NCBI GenBank assembly: GCA_963729275.1
Contig: CAVSNH010000014.1
Span: 1,980 to 65,979, forward strand
Length of the DNA: 64,000 bases
Reading direction: 5' to 3'
Source: an uncultured Acidimicrobiaceae bacterium
GTDB taxonomy: Bacteria; Actinomycetota; Acidimicrobiia; Acidimicrobiales; RAAP-2
The position numbers and the translations under genes are program-made. Positions 63,473-64,000 of this stretch are shown one piece after another. Under the pieces are notes generated by a model. It was not told the origin of the DNA, made no database searches, and saw only the letters and a list, made by a program, of their open reading frames with translations. Every line of letters begins with the position of its first letter. Positions within the stretch are counted from its first letter, which is position 1.

Positions 63473-63545
63473 TGCCCACGGCAGGACTCGAACCTGCGAC
63501 ACCTCATTTAGGAAACGAGTGCTCTATCCGCTGAGCTACGTGGGC
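63473..63545 (-). tRNA. tRNA-Arg (anticodon CCT)
   Basis: Hand-folded cloverleaf. The acceptor GCCCACG/CGTGGGC is perfect. D arm: GCTC-AGCGGATA-GAGC. Anticodon arm: CTCGT-TTCCTAA-ATGAG. Variable loop: GTGTC. T arm: GCAGG-TTCGAGT-CCTGC. The discriminator is A and CCA is not encoded. Confidence 0.9.
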
Positions 63546-63645
63546 CACATGTCAGACACGAAAGCCATCTTACGAGCGAGGCAACAGGATCCCGCCCAAA
63601 CGCGATTGACACCGACCACGTGGCTCGGCGTCGATCGACAAGGAG

Positions 63646-64000
63646 TCACTCCGAGTGGCGCGAACCCTTGAGCACGCACCGAGTCCCCGAGTAGATCGTC
63701 GGCATGCACTTGTTACAGTGGATGCAGGAGCCCACGAGCGACTCTCCCTTCTCCCAACGTGCCACCAAGTCCGGCTGCCGCAACAGAGCCCGACCCATGG
63801 CCACGAACGAGAAACCTTCAGCCAGGGCCATCTCTGCGGTCTCCAGCCGATTGATGCCACCGAGGAGGACGAGCGGCAGCGACACCGCCTCTCGAAACTG
63901 CCGGGCATAGGGCAGGAAGAACGCCTCCTCGAACGGATACTCGCGCAAGAACTTGGATCCGACGAGGCGAAAGCCCACTCGCATCGCCAGTGGCAGGGTG
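63646..64000 (-). CDS. NADH:flavin oxidoreductase (Old Yellow Enzyme / 2,4-dienoyl-CoA reductase-like), C-terminal part; gene runs off the window
   Basis: ...PLVLLGGINRLETAEMALAEGFSFVAMGRALLRQPDLV...CIHCNKC... is the end of the TIM barrel and the start of the Fe-S linker. The N-terminus lies beyond 64000. Confidence 0.75.
   Translation of the reverse strand, partial: TLPLAMRVGFRLVGSKFLREYPFEEAFFLPYARQFREAVSLPLVLLGGINRLETAEMALAEGFSFVAMGRALLRQPDLVARWEKGESLVGSCIHCNKCMPTIYSGTRCVLKGSRHSE

Noticed and set aside
62802-63479. Integrase expected beside the tRNA (track ORF 62802-63479 and neighbours).
   Set aside because: The translations are low-complexity (Gly/Arg/Glu runs generated by the polypurine tract). 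They lack any tyrosine- or serine-recombinase motifs. No integrase-like ORF occurs anywhere in 36-63.5 kb.

Overview
High-GC, Actinomycetota-like chromosomal segment (GC judged by eye; many long antisense ORFs in the track are the usual high-GC artefacts). It has two parts. (A) About 1-36.3 kb is densely packed with mostly intact housekeeping and metabolic genes. These include a phosphonate-type FAD oxidoreductase + HAD pair, gltX, a ferredoxin, and a four-gene translationally coupled module of two DUF35 proteins and two thiolase-like proteins. They also include a cytoplasmic sulfatase, F420/PPOX and SDR enzymes, ABC exporters, two tandem secreted paralogs, TetR, MFS, a double-hotdog thioesterase pair, a GH13 alpha-glucosidase, an XRE-family protein with an antitoxin-like C-terminus, an SRAP peptidase, an ABC-2 pair, an M50/CBS protease and PaiB. 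Only two disrupted genes were seen in this part: an SDR frameshift near 24858 and a winged-helix gene with an in-frame TAG. (B) About 36.3-63.5 kb is a mosaic, visibly lower-GC accessory region that ends at tRNA-Arg(CCT), whose 3' end faces the region. It is unusually rich in gene relics: an acyltransferase remnant, a histidine-kinase remnant, frameshifted DHFR-like, membrane-protein and YVTN genes, and a truncated cupin. It also holds mobile DNA: three IS110-family copies or fragments and a roughly 2 kb group II intron with an RT/maturase. No integrase, CRISPR array or recognised defence operon was found. The most unusual items are (i) a ~255-bp direct duplication carrying a small Cys/His ORF on both sides of a collagen-like pentapeptide-repeat secreted protein; (ii) an uncharacterised secreted protein family with two tandem copies and one distant copy; (iii) IS110 non-coding leaders, where guide (bridge/seek) RNAs would be expected, plus a ~43-nt block shared by two IS110 relics; (iv) a low-GC spacer with two small ORFs between TetR and MFS. 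All functional calls come from motif and family recognition by eye; no database search was run. Start codons are often re-assigned relative to the ORF track.
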